Source: Balanoglossus misakiensis (Eukaryota > Animalia > Hemichordata). Taken from it: DNA of 64,000 nt. The notes under the pieces are model-generated. The model was not told where the DNA came from, searched no databases, and worked only from the letters and a program-made list of their open reading frames with translations. Shown one piece after another: positions 39,237 through 51,425 of the stretch. Numbering within the stretch: position 1 is the stretch's first letter; each line of letters begins with the position of its first letter. The stretch covers positions 6,711,097-6,775,096 of the forward strand of contig CM082598.2 of assembly GCA_040954595.2 (NCBI GenBank). The letters run 5' to 3'. The position numbers and the translations under genes were made by a program.

Positions 39237-40623
39237 CATTAGGGGCACAAGCCAGGCCAGGTAGATCTGGAAAACCGCAGCACCTATGGGGCTGAAACTT
39301 GGTATGGTGATAGGGGCCAATGAGTAGACCTACAGGGGCCCTGAATATTTAATTAGTCACGTGACTTGGCGGCCATATTGGATTTTCCGAAAACCGTTAA
39401 ATGACTCCTCAAAAACTACTGGGCCAATCGAGTTCAAATTTTGTGTGCAGGTAGCCTACCTTCTGTCCATAATTTTACCCCATTGAAATCATGATGTCAA
39501 ATATAAAGTTTTTTTGCTACAATTTTTTTTCTGAAAAACTACTTAAAACTTGAAAAATCTTCTTCTCCAGAAGCAGTGATCGCCGAGTTATGGGATTCGG
39601 GGTATGCGGTCACCTAACCTATGTCTTTCAAGTTTGCGAAGTGCACTGTGATTGGTTGATCATTATGGCGGCCATATTGGATTTCCTGAAAACCATTGAA
39701 AATGTAAATTCCGTTTTATAGCCAAAATGTTGACACCACGGAAATTATTTTTGTGGATATAAGTCATCATATGACCGGAACTTGTCACAATTTTGGGGGG
39801 CAATTTTCACATGACCTTTGACCCAGTTTTAAACCAACTAATTATATATGCATATTCCCCATACCTCCTCTTGTAAAAGCACTACAGTCATGAATTTTGT
39901 GGACATGGGTACCAATGCTGTCAGGACATGACACAACTATTTTGGCAATGACCTTTGACCTATTTCTGAAACATCATTTTTCTGCATATCTAAATCCAGG
40001 CTAACCAATAGGGCTCCAGGTCTGGTTTTTGTTGGACATGGCCCACTATGGGGTCAAACTTTTATGCCCAAATTTTGGGTGACCTTTGACCTACTTTCCC
40101 ATATCTCAGCATCCAGAGCAGTTACAGTCCTGGCTATTGGGGGATTGACCACCTAATAGAGTCTTACACAATACCTCATTAATTATGTGCATATCTTATT
40201 CCAAGCTAACCAACAGGGCTAGAGGTTTGGTTTTTGTTGGTTAAGGACATGTGTGGTGTCAAAATGTTTTGCTCAAATTTTGGTGACCTCAGGTGACCTT
40301 TGACCTTCTTCCCTATATCTCGGCATCCAGACAGGATAGAGCCTTGGCTTTTGGAGGGATTGAACACCTTTTGGAGTCTTTTATGTTACCTCATTAATTG
40401 TGCACATATCTAATTCCAGGCTAACCAATAGGGCTAGAGGTTTGTTTTTTTGTTGGTCATGGACAAGTATGGTGTCAAAATGTTTTGCCCAAATTTGGGT
40501 GAACTCAGGTGACCTTTGACCTACTTTCCCATATCTTGGTATCCACAGCAGATACAGCTTTGGGATTCGCCGGTTACCATGGGAACCGTTTGTGCCCCAC
40601 CAACGCTGCTTGCAGCTTTAATT
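39237..40623 (+). mobile_element. Complete non-autonomous Helentron (HINE), ~1.39 kb
   Basis: Subterminal inverted repeats ggggcacaa (39242-39250) / ttgtgcccc (40590-40598), 3' hairpin gctgc-tt-gcagc (40605-40616) followed by tttaatt, internal repeats ggcggccatattggatt and tgacctttgacc; no TSD. Confidence 0.85.
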
Positions 40624-40740
40624 ATCATTGATTTCATGTATTTAATTCTTTCATTCTTTTTTCTTCTGTAGGTCCCACCGGTACTCTTCTTCTTCTCTCT
40701 CTCTTTCTTTCTTTCTTTCTCTTTTTTCTCTCTTCTCTTT

Positions 40741-41350
40741 TTTTTCCCTGTAGGCCCCAATGGTAACACCATAATCAACCTACTAACGTAAAATTTGATG
40801 GATAAGTGGAGCGGAGTGTCAACCATAGTCAACCTACTAATATAAACTTTGATGGATGGATGGGGCAGAGCGTCAACCATAGTCAACCTACTAATATTAA
40901 ACTTTGATGGATGGATGGGGCGGAGCGTCAACCATAGTCAACCTACTAAATATAAACTTTGATGGATGGATGGGATGGAGCGTCAACCATAGTCAACCTG
41001 CTAAAATATAAACTTTGATGGATGGATGGGCCCATGGAGCATCAACTTAAACGATGGAGAAGTGGAAGGATGGAGAAGAAGAGTTTTTTTTCTCTTTTTT
41101 CTCTTTTTTTTCCTGTAGGGCTCACTGGTAACACCATAATCAACCTACTAACGTAAAATTTGATGGATGGATGGATGGAGCGGAGTGTCAACCATAGTCA
41201 ACCTACTAATATTAAACTTGGATGGATGGATGGATGGGGCGGAGCGTCAACCATAGTCAACCTGCTAAAATATAAACTTTGAAGAATGGATGGTGCCCTG
41301 GAGCGTCAACTTAAAGGATGGAGAAGTGGAAGGATGGAGAAGTGGAGTTT
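40741..41350 (+). repeat. ~55-bp minisatellite with a ~360-bp secondary duplication
   Basis: gtcaaccatagtcaacctactaa..taaactttgatggatggatgggg repeated; tttcctgtagg..ggtaacaccataatcaacc at ~40745 and ~41108. Confidence 0.9.
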
Positions 41351-41479
41351 CAACATAATAAACCTATTGACCGAAATTATGAGGTAGAGTTATATAGGAG
41401 TACAAAACGAAGTGATCGTAATATAAAACTTAATAGTCCAATAAATCAGGTTAATAATTGGTAGTGATTACTTATGCTA

Positions 41480-41960
41480 AAATAAGGTTAACAGCAATGG
41501 CTTTGTGCAGGGTATGATAATAGGTTCATAAATGTGTATGGTATAATAAAGGCGAACAAATATGAATGGTTTAATAAAAGGGTTACAAATGTGATGATGG
41601 CTTATGGTAAAATTTGATTGTACACAGGTTATAAAGGGGTAACAGAGGTTGCTTGTATGAAGGGAATGATTATAGGGTAACAAATGTGACTGGTATAAAA
41701 GGGTATAATAATGGGTTTATAATATGATGATGGCTTGTGTACACAGGTTATAATGGGTATATGAATGAGAAGGGTATAATAAATGGTGATAACTGTGTCA
41801 GGTTTAATAAAGGTAACAATCATGGAAGGGTATAATAACGATTAATAATTGCGGTGATGGCTTATGGTGATATTAAGTATACAAGGGTGTTAATATTGAT
41901 GATGATGACAGAGGTATAATAATGATATAACATTAAATAAGTGTCCAGGGTCTAATAATC
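41480..41960 (+). repeat. Degenerate low-complexity repeat (ggtataataa-like)
   Basis: Recurrent ggtataataa / gatgatggctt / acacaggttata words. Confidence 0.55.
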
Positions 41961-44900
41961 ATGTTGGTTCATTCGTTGGTTAATGTGTATATTTTATGAA
42001 TAACATGCTATTATTTCTCAGATAGATAATACTCGTCAGCATCGTTATTCGGTGGAATTTCTCGCAACGGTACCCGTGATCGTATTCGCGCATCGACACA
42101 TTGTACGCGACAGACAGGCAGAAAATGTTAGGTTAGCTAAACCTCCCCACCCCATCCAAATTCCAAATTTAGCTTAGATCATGGGGTGAGAGGAGGAGAG
42201 GACAGTTTTTTTTCCTCTTTTGTAACTGGTCTGAGGTTTTTAACTGCCCTTTAGGCGCGTAAATAAGATATGTAATCATACACGTAGTTATCTTGCTTTA
42301 TTTTAAAACAATTATAATAGAGCTCTGCAAGATTATGTACACGATAGTGTGTTATATAATGCTAAGGTAAAAGTAAACTTAACCCACTAACCCATCACTC
42401 TATTGTGTGCATAATTTGCAGATGCTATTTTGACTGGCCCATTGTCACAGTTCAACAACATGACACCTTGTTTCAAAAACAGCAGAACCTATTTTTATTG
42501 ATTTCTTTCAGGTTAACTACATGACACATTGTTTCAAATTGGCCTGCAAGATATACTACTTGAACCTCTGCCCCCTCCAGCCCCCTCCCCCCCCCCCAAA
42601 AAAAAAATAATTAGGGATTAATCAATCGCTATATTATGAACATTCACATGAAAATTATGCAACCAAATTAGAGGTATTCTGGAGGCGTCTTCTGATGTCA
42701 GGTGGTTCAAATCCACCAATACCTAAGCTGGAAACATAACTTTTCATTGGTGTTCATATATGGCGAATAAAACATGCATATTCATATTCTCAAATTTCAG
42801 AAATGAACAAATTGAAGTAGATTCTTTTCGATATGCCATTATAAAGCAACTTTAATCCTATGTTACCCACTTTACTCAAAATGTTGTGTTTAAATTGCCC
42901 ACAAGTAAGTCTTTTCTTATCTGCATGTATTGTTAACGTTTCCCGCAAAGAGTACAACTGCATGTCTTGTGATCAGTATTGTGACATCTAAGAAGAACGG
43001 GAACTGGTCAGAGAAGTGGGATATGGGAGCTGACAAACTGAGTTGTTGGAAATTCAAAGAGACCAATTAGCACTTTTCCAAATTCTCTTGAACTCTGACA
43101 AGGAGCTAAACAAGGCACCATACGGAAAGGTCATTCTGTCACATAAAGTCATTTTCAAGTGGTTAAAGGATCGAGGGTTCGAACACTGGTATGGTTGGGT
43201 AAATGGTGAAGCATGCTTGATGATGCATCAGGGTCAATGGTGATACAAGCTCTGCACTTTTGACATAGGTATAAAATGCATACAGGGCGATTTAAACTTG
43301 ACTGTAAATCCCTAGATTGATATGTGGCCAAAAGCACTTTTATTTGACATTGCTAATGCTACTGTGACACTAAATCTAATTCTTTGCATCAGGGTAAATG
43401 GTGAATCAAGCTTGATGATGCATCAGGGTAGATGGTGTTTCAAGCCCTTCACTTTAACATTGGAATATAATGCATATGGGGATAAAAGGTTAATTGTAAA
43501 TCCCCAGGTGAATACATGGCCAAAAGCACTAAAATTTAAAATTGCTAATGCAAGGGTGACATTGAATCTGATTCTTTGCATCTGGGCAAATGCTGAAGAA
43601 TGCTTTTTGATGCACCAGGGTCAATGGTGATGCAATCACTAAACTTTGACACCAGGGTTTAAAATGCATACAAGGGGATTAAACGTTGACTGAAAATATG
43701 CACTTTGACATAGTTATAAAATGCATTCAGGGGGATTAAAAATGGACTGAAAATCCCTGGGTTAATATGTGTCCAAAAGCACTGTAATTTGACATTGCTA
43801 ATGCAATGGTGACATTCAATGTGATTCTTTGCATCCAGGGCAAATGGTGAAGCAAGCTTGATGATGCATCAGAGTAGACAGTGATGCAAGCTCTGCACTT
43901 TCACATAGGTATTTAATGCATATGCATGGGTATTTGAAGTTGTCTGTAAATCTCCAGGTTAATACGTAGCCAAAAGCACTGTAATTTGACATTGCTAATG
44001 CAATGGTGACACTAAATCTGATTCTTTGTATCAGGGTAAATGGCGAAGCAAGCTTGATGATCATCACGGTAGAGAGTGATGCAAACACTTCGCTTTGACA
44101 TAGGTATAACATGCATATGGGGATTTCAAGTTGATTATAAATCCCTAGGTTAATACGTGTCCAAAAGCACTGTAATTTGACATTGCTCTTGCAAAAGTGA
44201 CACTAAAACTGATTCTTTGCATCAGGGCAAATTGTGAAGCATGCTTGATGATGCGTCAGAGTCAATTCCTGGGTTAATACATGTCAAAAAGCACTGTAAT
44301 TTGACATTGCTAATGCAACGGTGACATTGAATCTGATTCTTTGCATCAGGGTAAATGGCGATGCAAGCTTGATGATGAATCACGGTAGATAGTGACGCAA
44401 ACACTTCGCTTTGACATGGGTATTTAATGCATATGCATGGGTATTTGAAGTTGTCTGTAAATCTCCAGGTTAATACGTAGCCAAAAGCACTGTAATTTGA
44501 CATTGCTAATGCAATGGTGACACTAAATCTGAATCTTTGTATCAGGGTAAATGGCAAAGCAAGCCTGATGATCATCACGGTAGAGAGTGATGCAAACACT
44601 TCGCTTTGACATGGGTATAAAATGCATATGGGGATTTCAAGTTGATTATAAATCCCTCAGTTAATACGTGTCAAAAAGCACTGTAATTTGATATTGCTAA
44701 TGCAACGGTGACATTGAATGTCATTCTTTGCATTAGGGCAAATGGTGAAGCAAGCTTAATGATGGATCAGAGTAGATGGTGATGCAAGCTCTGCACTTTG
44801 ACATAGGTATTTAATGTATTTGCATGGGTATTTAATGTTGATTGAAAATTCCTGGGTTAATACGTGTTCAAAAGCACTGTAATTTGACATTGGTAATGCA

Positions 44901-47900
44901 ATGGTGACATTGAATGTGATTCTTTGCATCAGGGTAAATGGCGATGCAGGCTTGATGATGCATAATGGTAGAGAGTGATGAAAACACTTCGCTTTGACAT
45001 GGGTATAAAATGCAGATGGGGATTTCAAGTTGATTATAAATCCCTCAGTTAATACATGTCAAAAAGCACTGTAATTTAAAATTGCTAATGCGATGGTGAC
45101 ATTGAATCTGATTCTTTGCATCAGGGCAAATAGTGAAGCATGCTTGATGACGCAAACACTGCATTTTGACATAGGTATTTAATGCATATGCATGGGTATT
45201 TGAAGTTGTCTGTAAATCTCCAGGTTAATACGTAGCCAAAAGCACTGTAATTTGACATTGCTAATGCAATGGTGACACTAAATCTGATTCTTTGTATCAG
45301 GGTAAATGGCAAAGCAAGCCTGATGATCATCACGGTAGAGAGTGATGCAAACACTTTGCTTTGACATGGGTATAAAATGCATATGGGGATTTCAAGTTGA
45401 TTATAAATCGCTCAGTTAATACGTGTCAAAAAGCACTGTAATTTGACATTGCTAATGCAACGGTGACATTGAATTTGATTCTTTGCATCAGGGTAAATGG
45501 TGATGCAAGCTTGATGATGAATCACGGTAGATAGTGATGCAAACACTTCGCTTTGACATGGGTATTTAATGCATATGGGGATTTCAAGTTAATTGTAAAT
45601 CCCTGGGTTAATACGTGGCCAAACGCACTGTAATTTGACATTGCTAATGCAATGGTGACATTGAATGTAATTCTTTGCATTAGGGCAAATGGCGAAGCAT
45701 GCTTAATGATGGATCAGAGTAGATGGTGATGCAAGCTCTGCACTTTGACATAGGTATTTAATGTATTTGCATGGTTATTTAATGTTGACTGAAAATTCCT
45801 AGGTTAATACGTGTCCAAAAGCACTGTAATTTGACATTGCTAATGCAATGTTGACATGGAATGTGATTCTTTGCATCAGGGTAAATGTTGATGCAGGCTT
45901 GATGGTGCATAATGGTAGAGAGTGATGAAAACACTTCGCTTTGACATGGGTATAAAATGCATATGGGGATTTCAAGTTGATTATAAATCCCTCAGTTAAT
46001 ACATGTCGAAAAGCACTGTAATTTAAAATTGCTAATGCGATGGTGACATTGAATCTGATTCTTTGCATCAGGGCAAATAGTGAAGCATGCTTGATGATGC
46101 AAACACTGCATTTTGACATAGGTATTTAATGCATATGCATGGGTATTTGAAGTTGTCTGTTAATCTCCAGGTTAATACGTAGCCAAAAGCACTGTAATTT
46201 GACATTGCTAATGCAATGGTGACACTAAATCTGATTCTTTGTATCAGGGTAAATGGCAAAGCAAGCCTGATGATCATCACGGTAGAGAGTGATGCAAACA
46301 CTTCGCTTTGACATGGGTATAAAATGCATATGGGGATTTCAAGTTGATTATAAATCGCTCAGTTAATACGTGTCAAAAAGCACTGTAATTTGACATTGCT
46401 AATGCAACGGTGACATTGAATCTGATTCTTTGCATCAGGGTAAATGGCGATGCAAGCTTGATGATGAATCACGGTAGATAGTGATGCAAACACTTCGCTT
46501 TGACATGGGTATTTAATGCATATGGGGATTTCAAGTTAATTGTAAATCCCTGGGTTAATACGTGGCCAAACGCACTGTAATTTGACATTGCTAATACAAT
46601 GGTGACATTGAATGTAATTCTTTGCATTAGGGCAAATGGCGAAGCAAGCTTAATGATGGATCACAGTAGATGGTGATGCAAGCTCTGCACTTTGACATAG
46701 GTATTTCATGTATTTGCATGGGTATTTAATGTTGACAGAAAATTCCTGGGTTAATACATGTCCAAAAGCACTGTAATTTGACATTGCTAATGCAATGTTG
46801 ACATGGAATGTGATTCTTTGCATTAGGGTAAATGGCGATGCAGGCTTGATGATGCATAATGGTAGAGACTGATGAAAACACTTCGCTTTGACATGGGTAT
46901 AAAATGCATACGGGGATTTCAAGTTGATTATAAATCCCTCAGTTATTACGTGTCAAAAAGCACTGTAATTTAAAATTGCTAATGCGATGGTGACATTGAA
47001 TCTGATTCTTTGCATCAGGGCAAATAGTGAAGCATGCTTGATGATGCAAGCACTGCATTTTGACATAGGTATTTAATGCATATACATGGGTATTTGAAGT
47101 TGTCTGTAAATCTCCAGGTTAATACGTAGCCAAAAGCACTGTAATTTGACATTGCTAATGCAATGGTGACACTAAATCTGATTCTTTGTATCAGGGTAAA
47201 TGGCGAAGCAAGCTTGATGATCATCACGGTAGAGAGTGATGCAAACACTTCGCTTTGACATAGGTATAACATGCATATGGGGATTTCAAGTTGATTATAA
47301 ATCCCTGGGTTAATACATGTCAAAAAGCACTGTAATTTGACATTGCTAATGCAACGGTGACATTGAATCTGATTCTTTGCATCAGGGTAAATGGCGATGC
47401 AAGCTTGATGATGAATCACGGTAGATAGTGATGCAAACACTTCGCTTTGACATGGGTATTTAATGCATATGGGGATTTCAAGTTAATTGTAAATCCCTGG
47501 GTTAATACGTGGCCAAACGCACTGTAATTTGACATTGCTAATGCAATGGTGACATTGAATGTGATTCTTTGCATCAGGGTAAATGGCAATGCAGGCTTGA
47601 TGATGCATAATGGTAAAGAGTGATGAAAACACTTCGCTTTGACATGGGTATAAAATGCATATGGTTATTTCAAGTTGATTATAAATCCCTCAGTTAATAC
47701 ATGTCGAAAAGCACTGTAATTTAAAATTGCTAATGCGATGGTGACATTGAATCTGATTCTTTGCATCAGGGCAAATAGTGAAGCATGCTTGATGATACAA
47801 ACACTGCATTTTGACATAGGTATTTAATGCATATGCTACTAATAATAATGTTTTATTGTCTTTTAGGCCACCGGCCAATATGACAATTGCATGGTAAGAT

Positions 47901-47960
47901 ATATTACAGAACGAAATACAGCAACAACAAAAAAAGAAACATTAGGTCACCTTCAAGCTT

Positions 47961-50900
47961 TCATGAAAAATATTCTTTCCTCAAAATCATGGCTTTATGT
48001 ACAAATTTGCCAAGATTTCTTAACACTGTTGGCGACTTCGACCTCATCAGTGTTAAAAATTTCTCTTCGTAAATAGACTCAGAGTTGTCATGTGGTAATA
48101 AATATCTTAAACTTTGATACAATGGGCATAAAAATATTACATGAAATTCATCCTCCACACCTCCTGTACATATTTCACAGATTCTGTCTTCAAAGTCAAT
48201 GTTGGCATAGCTGCCTTCCTGGACTCTTAAACCAAGACATGAACATCTCAATCGTGCTAGTGCATGTCTATGTTTTGGCTCTGTAATTTCACAAAGATAT
48301 TTTTCTGGTTCAAGCATGCTTTTAAAATTACGATATGTACAAAGTCTGTCTTTTGTACATACTTCACTGTACCACTCTTGTTTGTTAACATCAGAAAGAC
48401 GTTGTTTAAACTCACTTATAAAAGATGAAATATCTCCCACCCCTTGTGATAACCAGACAATGCCAAACCCATATGAATAAAGAATTTGCTTAACCTCTGT
48501 AGCCCATGATGTGTGTCCATTTTCATCCATTGTAAACGACAATTTGTACGCATGCGCAGCCATCCTGTCATCTGTGAGTTCAGTGAGACGCAACCAATAT
48601 TTAACACATTTTATGACTGAATTTAAATAAAGTGGATATCTACCACACTCGCCATATACTGCTTCGTTTGTAGTGCTCTGACCCACTCCCAGAAAGTGCT
48701 TGCAAAACCTTAAATGGACTCTTTCTATCTCCATATGTTTTTTGTATCCCCAAATATCAGCTCCATACAATAAAATTGGCAGTATCAGTGTATCAAAAAG
48801 TTTAAAATATACATCTCTTTTTATCATACCAGCTTTACGTTCAAATTTAAAAATTAGAAACATAGCTTTCCGTGCTTGAGCAGCCAGATTACCTACAGCT
48901 TTGCTCCACGTGTTTCTACAGGATAACAATAATCCAAGATACTTATATGAAGTCACAACCTCTAGAGTCTTTCCATTCATTTTCCACACTTCACTCTTTG
49001 CATTATGCCCCCCTTTACGGAATACTACGATCTTGGTTTTATCTATGTTAACTTGAAGTTTCCATATGTTGCAAAAATCGTTGAGTATGTTAATTAACCT
49101 TTGTAACCCTATTACAGAGTCTGCCAATATAACAATATCGTCGGCATAAAGTAAAAGAAATAAATCGTACATTTGTTGCGTCAGTTGGATGCCTCTGGCA
49201 CCTGTGGAAATAATCATGTGATACAACTCATCAATGAAGAGGGAGAACAACACTGGGCTTAATACACTCCCTTGCCTTACACCTCTGTTACAGTTAAAAT
49301 ATTCTGAAACACCCCCATCTAGTCGAACACAAGATTTCACATCACTATACATAGATTTCACAATGTTATACATCTTGCCAGATAAGCCAATCGACTGCAG
49401 TTTGAAAAAAAGACATCTGTGATCCACAGAATCAAATGCTTTTGCAAAATCTACAAAAAGACAGTAAAATTTCCCCTTCCTTCTTCTGATATAATTTTGT
49501 ATGATGGCATGTAAAGTAAATATATTATCCATTGTTGAAAACCCTTTACGAAATCCCGCTTGTGCATTACAAATAGCATTGGTATTTTCAGCCCATCTAT
49601 ACAACCTTTCATTTAAAATACCACAAAATATTTTACCAAATACATCTAAAAGCGTAATTCCCCTGTAATTATTTGGATCTGTTCTAGATCCCTTTTTGTA
49701 CAATGGTATTATAATTCCCCGTGACCACCCTGCTGGGAAGTTACCCGTATCAAAGATGTTGTTAAACAGCTTATTCATGATAGGTAGCATTGTGGGTATA
49801 GAGCATTTGAAAAATTCGGCTGGTATTCCATCTGGGCCCGGGGCTTTACCATTTTTCAGATCTAAAACTGCTTTCATTATTTCCCGGTCAGTAATATTTG
49901 AATTCATAAAATCTGAGATATCGACTTCGGCATTCCAGCCTACAACCTGTACATGTGTATCCCCGGGTAATACATTTTGGGGATTATTTAATTGTGTGAA
50001 ATATTCAACCCATTGTTTGCCAGAGATGGGAAAGTAACTCTGGGTACAACTTTGACTGCTTCTAATAAAATGCCACATATCATTACTACCAGACATACAA
50101 TCCCAACGGGATTTAAATTTTGCTGAAAGTGCATCCGTAAAATCCTTTTTCAGCTTCCGGCATGTATTTCTAAAAATATTACGACTACGTTTGTAGACTT
50201 GCAAAGACCCTTCTGAGTTATTCTTCCTGAATTCACGTAGATTTCTTTTAACTTCTTGCTTTTGTTGGAAACAAACAGAGTCAAACCATGGTGGTTGTTG
50301 CGGGCGTGCTTGGTTTCGTTTGCTGTTCTGGCATTTCATGCTGCTACCAGCCAGCTGGAAAGCTTTAACAATACAAGCTATTGCTTCATCATTATTAACA
50401 CCAATGCTTACGTCACATTTCTCAAACAAAGCAATCACATCACCTGAATTACATTTACATACAAATGTGTGTTCCTCATTAGCATTCCATCTGTACCTTG
50501 TATACTCATAAATATTCACATTACTATCCACCTGTTGAGTTAATTTACATTGAAGAGTAGTTTCCAGAGGAAAGTGATCTGATTCGTCTCTTTCTGCCAC
50601 CTTAAAATACACAAATGAATTGAAAAGGTTCGATGAAACAATGACATAATCAACCACACTCTTTCCGTTGTTAGAAGTACATGTAATGTGTCCATCTCTG
50701 TCCCCATCTACTCTGCCATTTAACACATGCATTGAAAGTGTACAACATAAAGAAAGTAAACTTCTACCAAAAGTATTTGTTGTTTTGTCTTTTGATTTAC
50801 GTGTCAGGCAAAAAGTGTCCCCATCGTAAATATCAGCTGGTATTGACAAGTAACTTGTATCATCATTTATAATATAATCATACCCATCCGCAATCCGTGC

Positions 50901-51362
50901 ATTTAAATCCCCCAATATAATATTATCTACATGCTCAAAATTAGTGTTCAGTCGGACAAGTTCATTTTCTAAAATAGTAATCCCGTTATACTCGTTCGTA
51001 TAAACATGTGACCCTTCGGGTGGAATATACACAGCCCCTAGTAAAATATCTCTGACAGTGCCAAAATAATTTGCATTCAACAGGAAAAACATTGCATCAT
51101 TCATTTCTGTATCAATACGCTTAACACCAGCCATTATATTCTTAGCAATGCCCACAGTAACACCTCCACTCGGTCTACCCTTTGTTCCTTCTCTTCTATC
51201 TCTTACAAAAGTAAATAAAACATGATCTGGAAAATAATTACTAACATCTTTACCGCTTGTAAGCCATGTTTCAAGCAGGCAAAATATGTGAAAACATGCA
51301 CAATATTGTATGAAACTTTTATCCCATAAATGACCCAACAGTCCTCTTACATTCCATGTCAT
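47961..51362 (-). CDS. LINE ORF2: APE endonuclease + reverse transcriptase + C-terminal Cys/His motif, 1133 aa
   Basis: TWNVRGL, LETW, GDLNAR, VVDY, SDHFP (endonuclease); KAPGPDGI, QAGFR, DFAKAFDSV, GVRQGSVLSP, YADD, YKYLG (RT). Confidence 0.97.
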   Translation of the reverse strand: MTWNVRGLLGHLWDKSFIQYCACFHIFCLLETWLTSGKDVSNYFPDHVLFTFVRDRREGTKGRPSGGVTVGIAKNIMAGVKRIDTEMNDAMFFLLNANYFGTVRDILLGAVYIPPEGSHVYTNEYNGITILENELVRLNTNFEHVDNIILGDLNARIADGYDYIINDDTSYLSIPADIYDGDTFCLTRKSKDKTTNTFGRSLLSLCCTLSMHVLNGRVDGDRDGHITCTSNNGKSVVDYVIVSSNLFNSFVYFKVAERDESDHFPLETTLQCKLTQQVDSNVNIYEYTRYRWNANEEHTFVCKCNSGDVIALFEKCDVSIGVNNDEAIACIVKAFQLAGSSMKCQNSKRNQARPQQPPWFDSVCFQQKQEVKRNLREFRKNNSEGSLQVYKRSRNIFRNTCRKLKKDFTDALSAKFKSRWDCMSGSNDMWHFIRSSQSCTQSYFPISGKQWVEYFTQLNNPQNVLPGDTHVQVVGWNAEVDISDFMNSNITDREIMKAVLDLKNGKAPGPDGIPAEFFKCSIPTMLPIMNKLFNNIFDTGNFPAGWSRGIIIPLYKKGSRTDPNNYRGITLLDVFGKIFCGILNERLYRWAENTNAICNAQAGFRKGFSTMDNIFTLHAIIQNYIRRRKGKFYCLFVDFAKAFDSVDHRCLFFKLQSIGLSGKMYNIVKSMYSDVKSCVRLDGGVSEYFNCNRGVRQGSVLSPVLFSLFIDELYHMIISTGARGIQLTQQMYDLFLLLYADDIVILADSVIGLQRLINILNDFCNIWKLQVNIDKTKIVVFRKGGHNAKSEVWKMNGKTLEVVTSYKYLGLLLSCRNTWSKAVGNLAAQARKAMFLIFKFERKAGMIKRDVYFKLFDTLILPILLYGADIWGYKKHMEIERVHLRFCKHFLGVGQSTTNEAVYGECGRYPLYLNSVIKCVKYWLRLTELTDDRMAAHAYKLSFTMDENGHTSWATEVKQILYSYGFGIVWLSQGVGDISSFISEFKQRLSDVNKQEWYSEVCTKDRLCTYRNFKSMLEPEKYLCEITEPKHRHALARLRCSCLGLRVQEGSYANIDFEDRICEICTGGVEDEFHVIFLCPLYQSLRYLLPHDNSESIYEEKFLTLMRSKSPTVLRNLGKFVHKAMILRKEYFS

Positions 51363-51425
51363 GAAATTTATCTTTTGAACATCCCGATGCTTACTGTTAT
51401 GCGTGTCCCGGCCTTGGCCTAACCC

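Noticed and set aside
40741-41350. CRISPR-like periodicity
   Set aside because: No unique spacers, no cas genes, eukaryotic context.
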